A stretch of 63,886 bases of DNA, filler included, from Octopus bimaculoides (taxonomy: Eukaryota), in NCBI RefSeq assembly GCF_001194135.2. It is 6 parts of 5 records of this genome, joined end to end, with 100 filler letters (N's around TTAATTAATTAA, not from the genome) between each part and the next. Parts side by side here need not be neighbours in the genome. Positions count along the whole stretch, not along the records: positions 1 to 31,593 come from NC_069000.1; 5 more parts are not named here. The stretch is one strand, 5' to 3'. The notes beneath the pieces were generated by a model that was not told the DNA's origin, did not search any database, and saw only the letters and a program-made list of their open reading frames with translations. The translations under genes and the position numbers were made by a program. Below, piece after piece: positions 11,786 to 23,304 of the stretch (its first letter is position 1; each line of letters opens with the position of its first letter).

Positions 11786-12347
11786 GGATCCTTTTTAAAA
11801 TGGGGGCCACATTTTTCATTAACGAAACACTTTGAAACTTGGAACACTGGTAGAATGTGTCATATAAAACATCTTTTTCTCTTAGTCTTCTTAAAAAAAA
11901 AAGAAATCCATAAGTTATTCCATGTTAAAGTTGTTGTATTTCTGTAATTTCAACCAATCACTGACGTCCATTCAGCCAATATACATTAAATGCCGACTAC
12001 ATAAACAAACGATTCTGAAACAATTAACCCTAACCCTAGGGTTAGGGTTAGGGTTAAAGCAAATTTAAAATGAAAAAAGCAAATAAAACGAAGGTATGGA
12101 CATTAAATACGCTTTACACCGCTTAATCAGCCAAAGGAGTAAATATAAACAACTGAATACTTGTCAGTGATTGGTTGAAATTATCGAAATAAGACAATTT
12201 TTTACATGAAATAAATTCGAATACAAAAATATTTTTCTTTTCTATAACACAAAATAGATAAGTATACGAAGTTTGAAAGTCTTTCCGTACCAAGAACACT
12301 ACATAAAACATTAATGAAAAATGTGGGCCCCGTTTTAAAATAGATCC
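11786..12347. mobile_element. MITE-like element with ~37-bp TIRs, an inner inverted repeat and a central telomere-like palindrome
   Basis: ggatcctttttaaaatgggggccacatttttcattaa pairs with ttaatgaaaaatgtgggccccgttttaaaatagatcc. Inner atttcaaccaatcactgac / gtcagtgattggttgaaatt. Centre aaccctaaccctagggttagggttagggtt. Confidence 0.75.
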
Positions 12348-12544
12348 CTATTTCCTACAGACCAAACCATTAAGAAATTGAAACCTTAAAAAAAAAGAGA
12401 TAATATTCTTTAAGGTTCTGGATTGGTAAATTTTCTCCCTCTCTCACACACACACACACAAACACACATACACACTAATAAAGATGATGCAATAACAAAA
12501 TATTGATAAAATAATTATGAAAATGGTGATAATGATAATAATAC

Positions 12545-12887
12545 TTTCTACTAGAGGCACAAAGCTTGAAGTTTTGGGCAAAGGCTCCCCAGTGCTCAGT
12601 TGGTACCTATTTTATTGACCCTGAAAGGATGAAAAGCAAAATCAACCTTGATAGAATAGCAATAATAATAATGGGCTTCAAACTTTGGCACAAGGCCAGC
12701 AATTTCAGGGGATGAGGTAAGTTGATTACATTGACCCCTGTGTTCAACTGGTACTTATTTTATTGGCACTGAAAGGGATGAAAGGCAATGTCAACCTCAG
12801 CAGAATTCGAATTCAAGACATAAAGACAGATGAAATGCCACTAAGCATTTTACCCAGCACACTAACAATTCTGCCAGCTCACGACCC

Positions 12888-12925
<38 letters not shown>

Positions 12926-12984
12926 TCACTAAGCATTTTTACCCAGCACACTAACAATTCTGCCAGCTCACCACCCTAATAATG

Positions 12985-13044
<60 letters not shown>

Positions 13045-13070
13045 TCACTAAGCATTTTTACCCAGCACAC
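12545..13070 (-). mobile_element. Cluster of SINE family B copies (tRNA-like head ggcggcgagctggcagaa...gagttcaaatt, body gcctttcatcctttcggggtcgataa) separated by (AAT)n
   Basis: Many similar copies in the window: ~3050-3190, 13630-13820, 15005-15228, 17200-17645, 45345-45725 (+), 54305-54500 (+), 58535-58753, 59805-60490. Confidence 0.85.
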
Positions 13071-13080
13071 NNNNNNNNNN

Positions 13081-13576
13081 GTTATCATGTACATTGTTTT
13101 GTTTTGGTATAAAAAGATGGGCTACAGCAAATATTCTGCTTAATACCACAGATTTGCTTGTCAGTTGTTTGACCTTAACCAGTTGAGCATGTCCCTTGGT
13201 GGCTGACGATACGTACATCTCTGATCATGAGCAGAAGTAGTGGGGGAGCATCATAGCCATGTGTTGAGAGGAATTCTTTCGAGTTTGAATAATTAACCTC
13301 AAGAAACATGGGTGTTTTGCTCAACATCCTTAAACAAACCTTATTCAGGGACCTTTTGAGTGGGATGGGCTACTCAACCTGAAGAAAATTCTAACTGGGC
13401 CCCACCTGCGAGGTCATGTGCTATTTATCTTGATATGAGATCACCATGTCGTGCACATATGGTTGTGATGCATGTGCCTGGTGTACCCTTATCAGACGGG
13501 TAGTCATGATGGGTATAATGGGCTTCGTATATTTTACCCCAGTGTCACTTTGATGGCATGCACTGCTCTCTCACTC
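13081..13576. mobile_element. ~560-bp non-coding interspersed element, copy 1, cut by a gap and ending in (AAT)n
   Basis: Colinear and highly similar to 13939-14499. Confidence 0.8.
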
Positions 13577-13610
<34 letters not shown>

Positions 13611-13905
13611 GTAATAATGATGATGATGATTTCTAATTTTGGCTGAAGGTCATCAGTTTCAGGGGAAGGGATAAGTCAATTACATTGATCTCAGTGTTCA
13701 ACTGGTACTTAATTTATCAACCTTGAAAGGATAAATGGCAAACTGGACCTCAGTGGAATTTGAACTCAGAATGTGAAGACAGACAAAATGCTGCTAAGCA
13801 TTTTGCCCAGTATGCTAACATTTCTGCCAGCTAGCTGCCTTGATTATGTTGTTATTATTGTTGGTGGCGGTGGTGGTGATGGTCGTCGTCATTATCATCA
13901 TCATC

Positions 13906-13938
<33 letters not shown>

Positions 13939-13940
<2 letters not shown>

Positions 13941-14499
13941 GCCCTGAAGCAGTACCAGTCAGTGGTTCTCATGGCTTTTGATCTGAACTGATTGGAAGTG
14001 TTATCATGTACATTGTTTTGTCTTGATATAAAAGATGGGCTACAGCAAATATTCTGCTACATTCTGAAGATTTGCGTGTCAGCTGCTTGACCGTAACCAG
14101 TTGAGCATGTATATCCTTTAGTGGCTGATGATATGTGCATCTCTGATCACGAGCAAAAGTAGTGGGGAAAGATCATAGCCATGTGTTGAAAGGAATTCTT
14201 TGGGGTTTGAATAATTCACCTCAAGAAACATGAGTGTTTTGTTCAATGTCCTTAAACAAACCTTATTCAGGGACGTTTTCGGCAAGATGGACTACTCAAC
14301 CTGAAGAAAATTCTAACTGGGCCCCACCTGCAATATCATGTGCCGTTTATCTTGATATGAGGTCACAACATCGCGCACATATGGTTGAGATGCATGTGCC
14401 TGGTGTACTCTTATCAGACTGGTAGTCATGATGGGTATATTAGGCCTCGCATTTTTGTACCCCAGTGTCAATTTGATAGCATGCGTTGCTCTCTCACTC
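13939..14499. mobile_element. ~560-bp non-coding interspersed element, copy 2, flanked by (AAT)n on both sides
   Basis: Reads (aat)n-atgccctgaagcagtacc...gctctctcactc-(aat)n. No ORF or TIR seen. Confidence 0.8.
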
Positions 14500-14540
<41 letters not shown>

Positions 14541-15304
14541 CAACAATGAAGTCAATACAATGAAAATAAAATAAAATTGCTGAAATTAAATCTGAAATAA
14601 GAGTGCAGTACCAAGCGGAGCCTAAGTGGCCCACATCTACTGCTTGGAATGGTGGATTGCAATATGAAAAAGCAGCTTGAAGTTAAAATAAAACCTACCC
14701 ACTACTGCAACTACTATTACTACATCTATTAGTTCATATATGTATGTATGTGTGTGTGTGTGTATATATATGTATGTATGTATGTATGTATATAAAAAAA
14801 ATATATATATATTTATACATACGTACACTCACAGAATTTAAAGAAACTATCAAACCCATACTGACATGGAAAGTATAAAAACAAAATTAAAATGACAAAT
14901 AACTAACACAAAAGGAAAAACAAAAATACAAAAGCAAATATTGTTCAAGCTGCAGTGCTGAGAAAGAGTCGAGACCATTCTAATACATTTCTAGTATAAT
15001 ATATCAGTTTCAAATTTTGGCACAAGGCCAGCAGTTTCAGAGAAAGGGGGTAAACCAATTACATCGATCCCCTTCCTTCCCAGTGTTCAGCTGGAGCTTA
15101 TTTTCTTGACAAAAAGAAGAAAGGCAAAGTCAACCCTGGTGGCATTTGAAATCAGAACAGAAAGGTGGATGAAATGCTGCTAAGCATTTTGTCCAGCATG
15201 CTAACTATTCTGCCAGAGTGCCACCTTGTTTCTACTAATATAGTAAGATATTCTAACAAGTTTCTACTACATAGTAAAATGTTCATACGTAATGTTCATA
15301 CATA

Positions 15305-15674
15305 GGCGTAGGAGTGGCTGTGTGGTAAGTAGCTCGCTAACGAACCACATGGCTCCAGGTTCAGTCCCACTGCGTGGCACCTTGGGCAAGTGTCTTCTAC
15401 TATAGCCTCGGGCCGACCAAAGCCTTGTGAGTGGATTTGGTAGACAGAAACTGAAAGAAGCCTGTCGTATATATGTATGTGTGTGTACATGTTTGTGTAT
15501 ACGCTTGACAACCGATGCTGGTGTGTTTACGTACCCGTAACTTAGCAGTTCGGCAAAAAAGACTGATAGAATAAGTACTAGGCTTACAACGAATAAGTCC
15601 CGGGGTCGATTTGCTCGACTAAAGACGGTGCTCCAGCATGGCCACAGTCAAATGACCGAAACAGGTAAAAGAGT
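15305..15674 (+). mobile_element. Full-length SINE family A copy: tRNA-derived head, ccttgggcaagt central domain, internal microsatellite and LINE-like tail
   Basis: A box tggctgtgtgg, B box ggttcagtccc, tail cggtgctccagcatggccacagtcaaatgaccgaaacaggtaaaagag. Other copies at ~10750-10910(-), 18940-19330(+), 22085-22250(-), 24110-24380(-), 34715-34920(-), 37208-37350(-), 44745-45056(-), 47790-47933(+), 50680-51020(+), 51600-51800(+), 54755-55375(-). Confidence 0.9.
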
Positions 15675-15773
15675 AATTCAATATTGCACTATAAATTCTA
15701 TGTTCAGAACTTTTCATCTTGCATGATCTCTTTGGTCTTTTGTTTGACCATTTGCTGTTGTATTTTTGCTTTT

Positions 15774-15833
15774 GGGGAGTGGAAGGTGGGGAGTGGAAGG
15801 TGGGGAGTGGAAGGTGGGGAGTGGAAGGTGGGG
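15774..15833 (+). repeat. 14-bp G-rich minisatellite (ggggagtggaaggt) x4 plus a final GGGG
   Basis: Read directly from the sequence. Confidence 0.9.
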
Positions 15834-16109
15834 AGAGTATACTTTATATTCATTTTTTTAAATATTGTCATTAGTGCCAATTGTTTTTTCTTGTTGTTGC
15901 TTTTTGTCTATAATAACTAAATGCCCTTCTTACAGTATATCAAACACCTTTCAGGGACAACATATTTGTCTCATATTTCTAGAAGAGTAATAAATGGAGA
16001 GGAATACAATTAGGTGATACAAACCCAGAAGAACCCTTAAACTAGGAATCCCAATTGCCTAAACCACCCAACCAAGGTCTTTTTTCTTTCCTTTATCCAA
16101 AAGACTACA

Positions 16110-16470
16110 GCTGTCACTGTACCACTGTATCGACCAGGCTCTCAGATGTTATACATCGCTTGTCACAATGCACTTCCAATTCTTTCTTGGTTGTGCCATT
16201 TCTTTCCATCCTGTCCAAAACTGCTTAACTAAATCGTTTTCTCATCATTGTGGAGGCCTTTCAAGTAGCCTTTTCCAATCTCTTAAATACTACATGGGTC
16301 CACTTGTTATCTGTGAACCTTGTCTCACCCAGGAGATTTGTTCTCACCATGATATTTCTAGCATGGATCTTTCCATGACCTTTTGTGTTGTGGCCAGTCA
16401 CTGTTCTTCCCTCATAGCTGTAATTAGTTCAAAGTCAACTAATAAGATTTTCATTGGAAATCTTCATTAA
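16110..16470 (-). mobile_element. Old RTE-like LINE C-terminal relic
   Basis: Minus translation GHGKIHAR...FTDNKWTHVV resembles the RTE wAGHvaR..DnrWt motif, with stops. Confidence 0.5.
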
Positions 16471-17643
16471 ATGATAACAGTTAAGAGTAGATACTTGGGA
16501 TACATAAGAGCAAGCACAGGTAGATGTTTAAGAAGTTTACTTCAGAAACCATGATTTCTTTGTTTTGTTTCCACCCCCACCCCCACTAGGGTTCAATCTC
16601 ATGGTGGAGCACTTTGAGCAAGTGTTTGCAGCTTTGATTTGGTCAATGCTTTGTGAATCGCACTAGGAAGACTGAAACATCTACACACACATACACACTC
16701 ATACTCACATACAAACACACATATATAGATATGTTTGTGTGCCTGTATACTTTTTTAAATGACTAAGTCACTATCAACTTCAAAGCTCAAGAAAAGTATT
16801 TTGACTCTACATTCATATTAAATCCTTTTTCAGTAAGTATTGCATTCATTTTAGTATATTAATATGTGAGTGTGTGTGTATGTGCGTGTATATGGATGTG
16901 TGTGTTTGTAATTACCTGTGTGTAAATTGGTATAAATATGTTGTAGTATTTATGTCCCTCAAAGGGAGTTAACTCTTTAAAGGAATATAATTCAAAGTGA
17001 ACATATTAAACACCAAATAAATACTAAGGAACAAGAGGGGTGATATAGTTTTAAAAAAAAAGCAATGCCTACACACATAGCCACAGACTGATGCATGGAA
17101 TCAGTAAAGGAATAATACAAATTATTGTGTGTGAGTTTGTGCATCCAGAAAGAAAGCTTTTGTCAGTAAAAAAAAAAACAATAAGTGTAGAAATTATGCT
17201 TTCTACTATAGGAGCAAGGACTGAAATTTTGTGGGGAGGGGCCTAGTCAATTATATTGAACCCAGAGCTCAACTGGTACTTATTTCATTGACCCTGAAAA
17301 GAGGAAAGGCAAAGTCGACCTCAGCGAAATTTGACCTCAGAACATAAAGTGAAAGAAAGGGTGCTAAGCATTTTGTCCAATGCAGTTATAGGTCTGCCAG
17401 ATCACTGCCTTTATAATAATAAGAAGGATCCTTTTTACTACAGGCACAAGGCTTGAAATTTTGAGGGAGAGGACTAGTCGATTACATCAATCCCAGTGTT
17501 TCACTGGTACTTAATTTATTGACCCACTGAAAGGATGAAAGGCAAAGTTGACCTCGGCAGAATTTGAACTCAGAACGCAGCGACAGGCAAAATACTGCTA
17601 AGTATTTCGTCCAACCTGCTAACGATTCTGCCAGCTTACCACC

Positions 17644-17679
<36 letters not shown>

Positions 17680-17984
17680 TAGAAATTATTTAAGAAAGAA
17701 GAGTTCTAAGTTTAATGAAATAGTTCTGATAATAATTGGTTAGTGATTCCCAATACATTTATTTCTCTTCTTTGTCTTCTTTCCACTTGAATCTAGAAGC
17801 TTTGCTCAAATGTATAGACGATATAAACTGACTGACAGCTGACAGCAAGTGCAAAGCAAGATGTGGTTAAGACTAGAAATCAAACTAGAGCAACTGTTGC
17901 TACGGCTGTGGCTGCTGCAGCTGCTGTTAGCAACAGGGGAGTTACCGAGATTTTGTATAACCTTTAACAAACCAATTGTATAAC

Positions 17985-18119
17985 CTCTTTCAGCTTCATC
18001 ATTTTGCCATCCTTGTTGCAGGAGACAATTTCATCGGGATTAACTTTCATTTGCTTTTTGATGAACCTCAGTAGATGTTTCTGATTCATGCATGAGGATG
18101 CATGGATGTGTGTATCCAC
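17985..18119 (-). CDS. AMPD2: AMP deaminase exon: [45 protein letters not shown]
   Basis: ttccag acceptor and gttata donor, 135 nt. Contains the metal-binding HxH motif in [21 protein letters not shown]. Confidence 0.97.
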
Positions 18120-18560
18120 CTGGAAGAGATCAGAGTTAAAGTAAAGAAATCAGTTCAATAGAGCATTGGTAAGTTATAATGAAAGTTGATCTATTGACCA
18201 ATACATGACTAATAACATTACACACACACATATATAAAAAAAAAGAAGAGAAATGAGCCTATAACATATTCATTTACTTATAACCTACATTTAATTGATT
18301 AGTACTCTAATAATTATTGTCAGGCCATCAAACTTGTACCATTATGCAAATGAGACTGCTTCATACTTCTAGGTATGATTGATGGTTAAGGACCATAAAA
18401 GATGGTAAATAGTAAAAACTGATAAATAAATATTGGGTTGAAAAACCCTTTTGGATAGGAAAAGTCATCATTTTTTTATCCAAAAGGGATGTAAGATCTG
18501 ATATCATCACTTCTTGCCCTGTTTCCCTTATTTCTCCTCTTTTACAAAAACATTCCATCA

Positions 18561-18625
<65 letters not shown>

Positions 18626-19107
18626 NNNNNNNNNNNNNNNNNNNNNNNNNNNNNNNNNNNNNNNNNNNNNNNNNNNNNNNNNNNNNNNNNNNNNNNNNNN
18701 NNNNNNNNNNNNNNNNNNNNNNNNNNNNNNNNNNNNNNNNNNNNNNNNNNNNNNNNNNNNNNNNNNNNNNNNNNNNNNNNNNNNNNNNNNNNNNNNNNNN
18801 NNNNNNNNNNNNNNNNNNNNNNNNNNNNNNNNNNNNNNNNNNNNNNNNNNNNNNNNNNNNNNNNNNNNNNNNNNNNNNNNNNNNNNNNNNNNNNNNNNNN
18901 NNNNNNNNNNNNNNNNNNGTGGGTGGGGCTAAGGGGTCCCAATACAGTCACAGGTGTAGCTGTATGGTAAGAAGCATGCTTACCAACCACATGGTCCCAG
19001 ATTCAGTCCCACTGCATAGCACCTTGGTCGAATGTGTTCTTCTATAGCCTGAAGCTAATCAAAGTTGTGTCACTGGATTTGATTAACAGAAACTAAAAGA
19101 AGCCCAC

Positions 19108-19166
<59 letters not shown>

Positions 19167-20015
19167 ATATTTGCTCCTGCTCTGCAACTGCTCAACAACT
19201 TGTGTCAGTTTGTTTACATCCCTGTGGTTCAGCAAAAGGGATTAATAGAATAAGTACCAGACTTAAAGAGTAAGAACTGGGATTGATTCATTTGACTAAA
19301 CCCTTCAATGTAGTGCCCCAGAATGGCAACAAACCAATGACTGATACATGTAACCTGTTATCAAATACATGTAATTCCAACCAAATGTGCCGAGTGCTTG
19401 TTTCTTTTGTTAGTTCACTCACTTGTGTGTATAAGATAATTACAATGAATATTGAGTTTAGTACATCTGCATATTTTTTTTTTTCACAGCCAATGTATAT
19501 GTTGGTTATAAATAGGGAAGCACTTTTCTTTCAAACAGAGAATATTAAAAACAAAAGTATGTTCAAATGTGATCAATTTTTTATTAGGAATTATTTGTCC
19601 TTTGTTTTGATTTCAAACAATAACATTTCTGTTCCATAAGCCTGGTATTCAAGACTTTCAAAATCTTATTTTCAAAATAATGTTGCCATGGATTGTTGTC
19701 CATACGTACATAATAATTAAAATTATCTCTGCCTCCAGAGAATGTGTGACAATTGCAAAATGACAGTAAAGACACACTCCACTTGAGAAGAAGAGATAAT
19801 TTCAAGAATCAAGGAATCTCCAAAATTGACATGCCATTAAGGAAAAAGGACAGGTTTTATTGTTTGGAGACAATAGGACAGTTGTGGACATGTGTTTCCA
19901 GCTCAATAAATGTCATCACCATGATGACAATTAAGGTTGGACAATTGTATAAATAACAATGGTGGTGGTGGTGGTGGTGCGTTAAACTATAACAGCATTC
20001 AACAAAATAACTGAC

Positions 20016-20145
20016 CTTTCTGATGTTGTAGAAATCACGGTGGGGCACTTCTTTCTGGGCAGCTGATTCCTTTAGCTCATTCAACAGAACATGTAACTGG
20101 TACTTGTATGATAGATAACTCAGGCGCTGGTAACAGAATGATTTC
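20016..20145 (-). CDS. AMPD2: AMP deaminase exon: [43 protein letters not shown]
   Basis: cag acceptor and gtcag donor, 130 nt. [10 protein letters not shown] is a conserved AMPD motif. In frame with both neighbours. Confidence 0.97.
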
Positions 20146-21699
20146 CTGTAACAATGACAACAATAACAGCAACATCAAGAAGAATATATAAAGAACAATC
20201 TTTATATTCAGCAGCAGCAGCAGATTTAAATATATATAAAACTATTTGTTTAAAACCCTTTAGCATTTAGACTGGCAATATCAGACCCAAATATTCAAGC
20301 TGTTTTATGTTCAAACAGGCTAAATATGGCCTTTCACACCTACCCTACAATGTCATTCTAAAAATAAACAGTCACCTCAAAATCTCAAAGCTACATGATA
20401 ATGCATGGTTAATTCAAAGCAATGTGAAAAGATATGTATTACATTTGACAACATAATCTGAATGTTGACGTGTTAAAACAAAATTCTAGTCCTATTTTTC
20501 TCACTATCTGTAAAGTCGAACACAGAGATGTGAGTTTGAGTCCACAGCTAACCACCTTCACTTTTTTCTACAAAATAGGGGTAGTTTATCCTGTTCAGGC
20601 TATATTATTAGCATTATCATGCAATTGAGAATTTAAAATCACTTCTTTAACTTTCTAAGACATCTCAACGCTTCTAAAACCAAACTTCGTTTGTTTCTTT
20701 ACGTTTGTCGTAATTTGAATATATATAGAACAAACTTTTGGAAGTTACAATTAGAACTCATCTTATCAGATAGAATGCAAGCTTTCAAAAACCAAATGTA
20801 CAAACACTCTTTTCATTCTCACTGTGTTGTGAACCAATATTTGTCTGCTGGAACCCTCTTTGAACAGGAAAATTCAGAGAAACTAATCTTCATGTATACA
20901 TGCAAATCAAATCAGAACTATCTCCAACATTATATGTCTATACATGATGGAGAACAGAGTGCAGTTTTAAGTTCTCAATAAACTGAATCTGTAATCTAGG
21001 TTCAGTTCCAAGTCACAGCCATATCACATAATCCATCTAATGGCCTTTGGAAAGTCATAAACTGCCAATCCCCCACCCTTGTATCTATGAAATCAATAGA
21101 AATGAAACCTTTTGATGGATATCTCTGTTCATCAATAAGTTTGGACAACTGACAACACATTGCATTAATGCATAGGAAAAGCAGTCATTTTTCTGTGTGA
21201 GAGAAAGAGAGAGAGTATGCATGCATGTGTGCGTGTGTGTGTGTGTAAATGCATACATGCAGGCACACAGGAAATAGATTTACAATATCGCAAGTGTGTC
21301 AAACTCACAGTATTTAGTTATGTCTTGAGTTCAAATCCTACAGAGAAATGGGGCTGGTAAAATAAAGTACTCGTCAAGTGCCTGAGGTTGATTTTAATAT
21401 TCCTATAAATCATTCTAAATCTAACTGGCATTATAACAGAATACTAAGGCCAAGAAAACACACACGCACACACGTGTGCATACACATCACACAAGGGAAA
21501 ATGGTAAAACAATACAGCTCCACTGCGTTCTGAGTTCAAAATCTTCAATGTTCTAAATGGGTAGTAGAATTAATCTGTTGCCCACCTTAATACTACTATT
21601 TGGTATCTTAGGTGCCTATACCAAGGGCGCCCCTGATGCAAGCATTCAAGCCAGGTCTCCAGTTTGATGAGATCTTCCTCCTTTCCTCCCTTACAACAA

Positions 21700-22000
21700 T
21701 CATGCAACATTAAAACAAGGAGACACAAACATGCACACACACAACCCTTGCAAGAGCCCAGTGACGGTGCCACATAAAAAGCACCCAAGCCAGCACCATG
21801 TAAAAGGCACCCTTGCCAGTGCCATGTAAGGAGCACCCAACACACTTTGTAAAGTGATTGGTGTTAGGAAGGGTATCCAGCCATAGAAATCATGCCAAAG
21901 CAGACTGGAACCTAGAGCAGCTTTCCTACTTGCCAGTTCTGGTCAAACCATCCAACCCATGCCAGCTTGGAAAACAGACTTTAAAGGATGATGATGATGG
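21700..22000 (+). mobile_element. RTE 3' UTR-only copy with (GAT)n tail
   Basis: Matches 9590-9838 (aaaagcaccc..., ccatccaacccatgccagc, (gat)n). Confidence 0.8.
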
Positions 22001-22270
22001 TGGTGGTGGTGGTGGTGGTGGTGATAGGTTCATACACACACATACACAGGCACGCGTGCACGCGCTCACACACACACACACACACAATGGGCTTCTTTCA
22101 GGTTCTGTCTACCAAATCCACTCACAAGGCTTTGGTCGGTCTAGGACTCAAGTAAAAGACATTTGCTCAAGGTGCCATGCAGTGGGACTGAACCCAGAAC
22201 CATGTAGTTGGGAAGCAAACTTCTTACCACACAGCCATGTCTGCACATAAATAGATGAAAGAAAACTTAC

Positions 22271-22490
22271 AATGGTCCATCACTGATAAGTGTATACATG
22301 ATATTCTGATCATTTAGGAAAGTAGCACAGTCTGGGTATGTCCAATCAAATGGCTTGTCCTGTTCCATGGATGCTGCATCAAGGTACACTTTCATCAAAC
22401 CATTCACCATTTTGAACTCACAATTCACACTATTTGGCAGTATACAATCAAAAGGATCTCCGTCAGTTCTCGGTGCATGGATCGGGTGAT
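22271..22490 (-). CDS. AMPD2: AMP deaminase exon: (D)HPIHAPRTDGDPFDCILPNSVNCEFKMVNGLMKVYLDAASMEQDKPFDWTYPDCATFLNDQNIMYTLISDGP(L)
   Basis: Polypyrimidine tract plus tag acceptor at 22491 and gtaag donor at 22270. 220 nt, phase 1 to phase 2. Ends TT, which joins the G of the next exon to give Leu in the AMPD-type motif I(S/A)DGPLKSFCY. Confidence 0.93.
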
Positions 22491-23264
22491 CTACAAAAAA
22501 ACAAAAACAACAGTTCTCTTACATATACACTAGATTATATGCATGTGAGTGTGTGTGTGTGTGTGTGTGTTTGTAAGTGAATGTGTGCATGTGTATACAT
22601 CTGTGTGTATGTATATGAATGTATGTATATAAATGTGTGTGTGTATATATTCATTTATATGCGTGTATGTATATGTGTGTGTGTGTATGTATGTATGTGT
22701 ATGTGTATGTGTATATGTGTGTGTGTGTATATACACACACACACATATATATATATACACACACACATACATAAAAATTAGGCACAGATAAATACAAACA
22801 CTACAAGGAAAACACAAACAAGAATACAAATATACAAATATCTTTTCTGGTGACTTAAGTTTCACAGTTTCAGCATCTTAACAACAGAATTGTTAGCTTC
22901 AGTGAACCAGAAGAGTTGAAAAAAAAAATCTACTGTTGAAGGGTTTAGTGAAGACAATAACAGGACAATGGGACAAAGTACAGCATGTTTACATGCTGTA
23001 CTATGATCAGGACAATGGGACATAGTACAGCATGTTTACAACATGAGAGGACAAATTAAAAGCAAGTATATGAGAATGTATGGTTAAATAAATAAAAAGT
23101 ATATATGACAAAAATTAAAGTCTATTGATTTAGCAAAAAGAAAGAAAGGATATGGAAAATAGCCAGAATTTTTTTATTGAGACAAACAGGACAATAAACA
23201 AGTAACAAGAAATTAAACACTCTTGAGTTTTTGACAGAACAAAACAGAACAAAACAGACTGCAT

Positions 23265-23304
<40 letters not shown>

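Noticed and set aside
12026-12055. Telomere-fusion scar
   Set aside because: Orientation is CCCTAA then TTAGGG, opposite to a fusion, and it lies at the centre of a TIR element.
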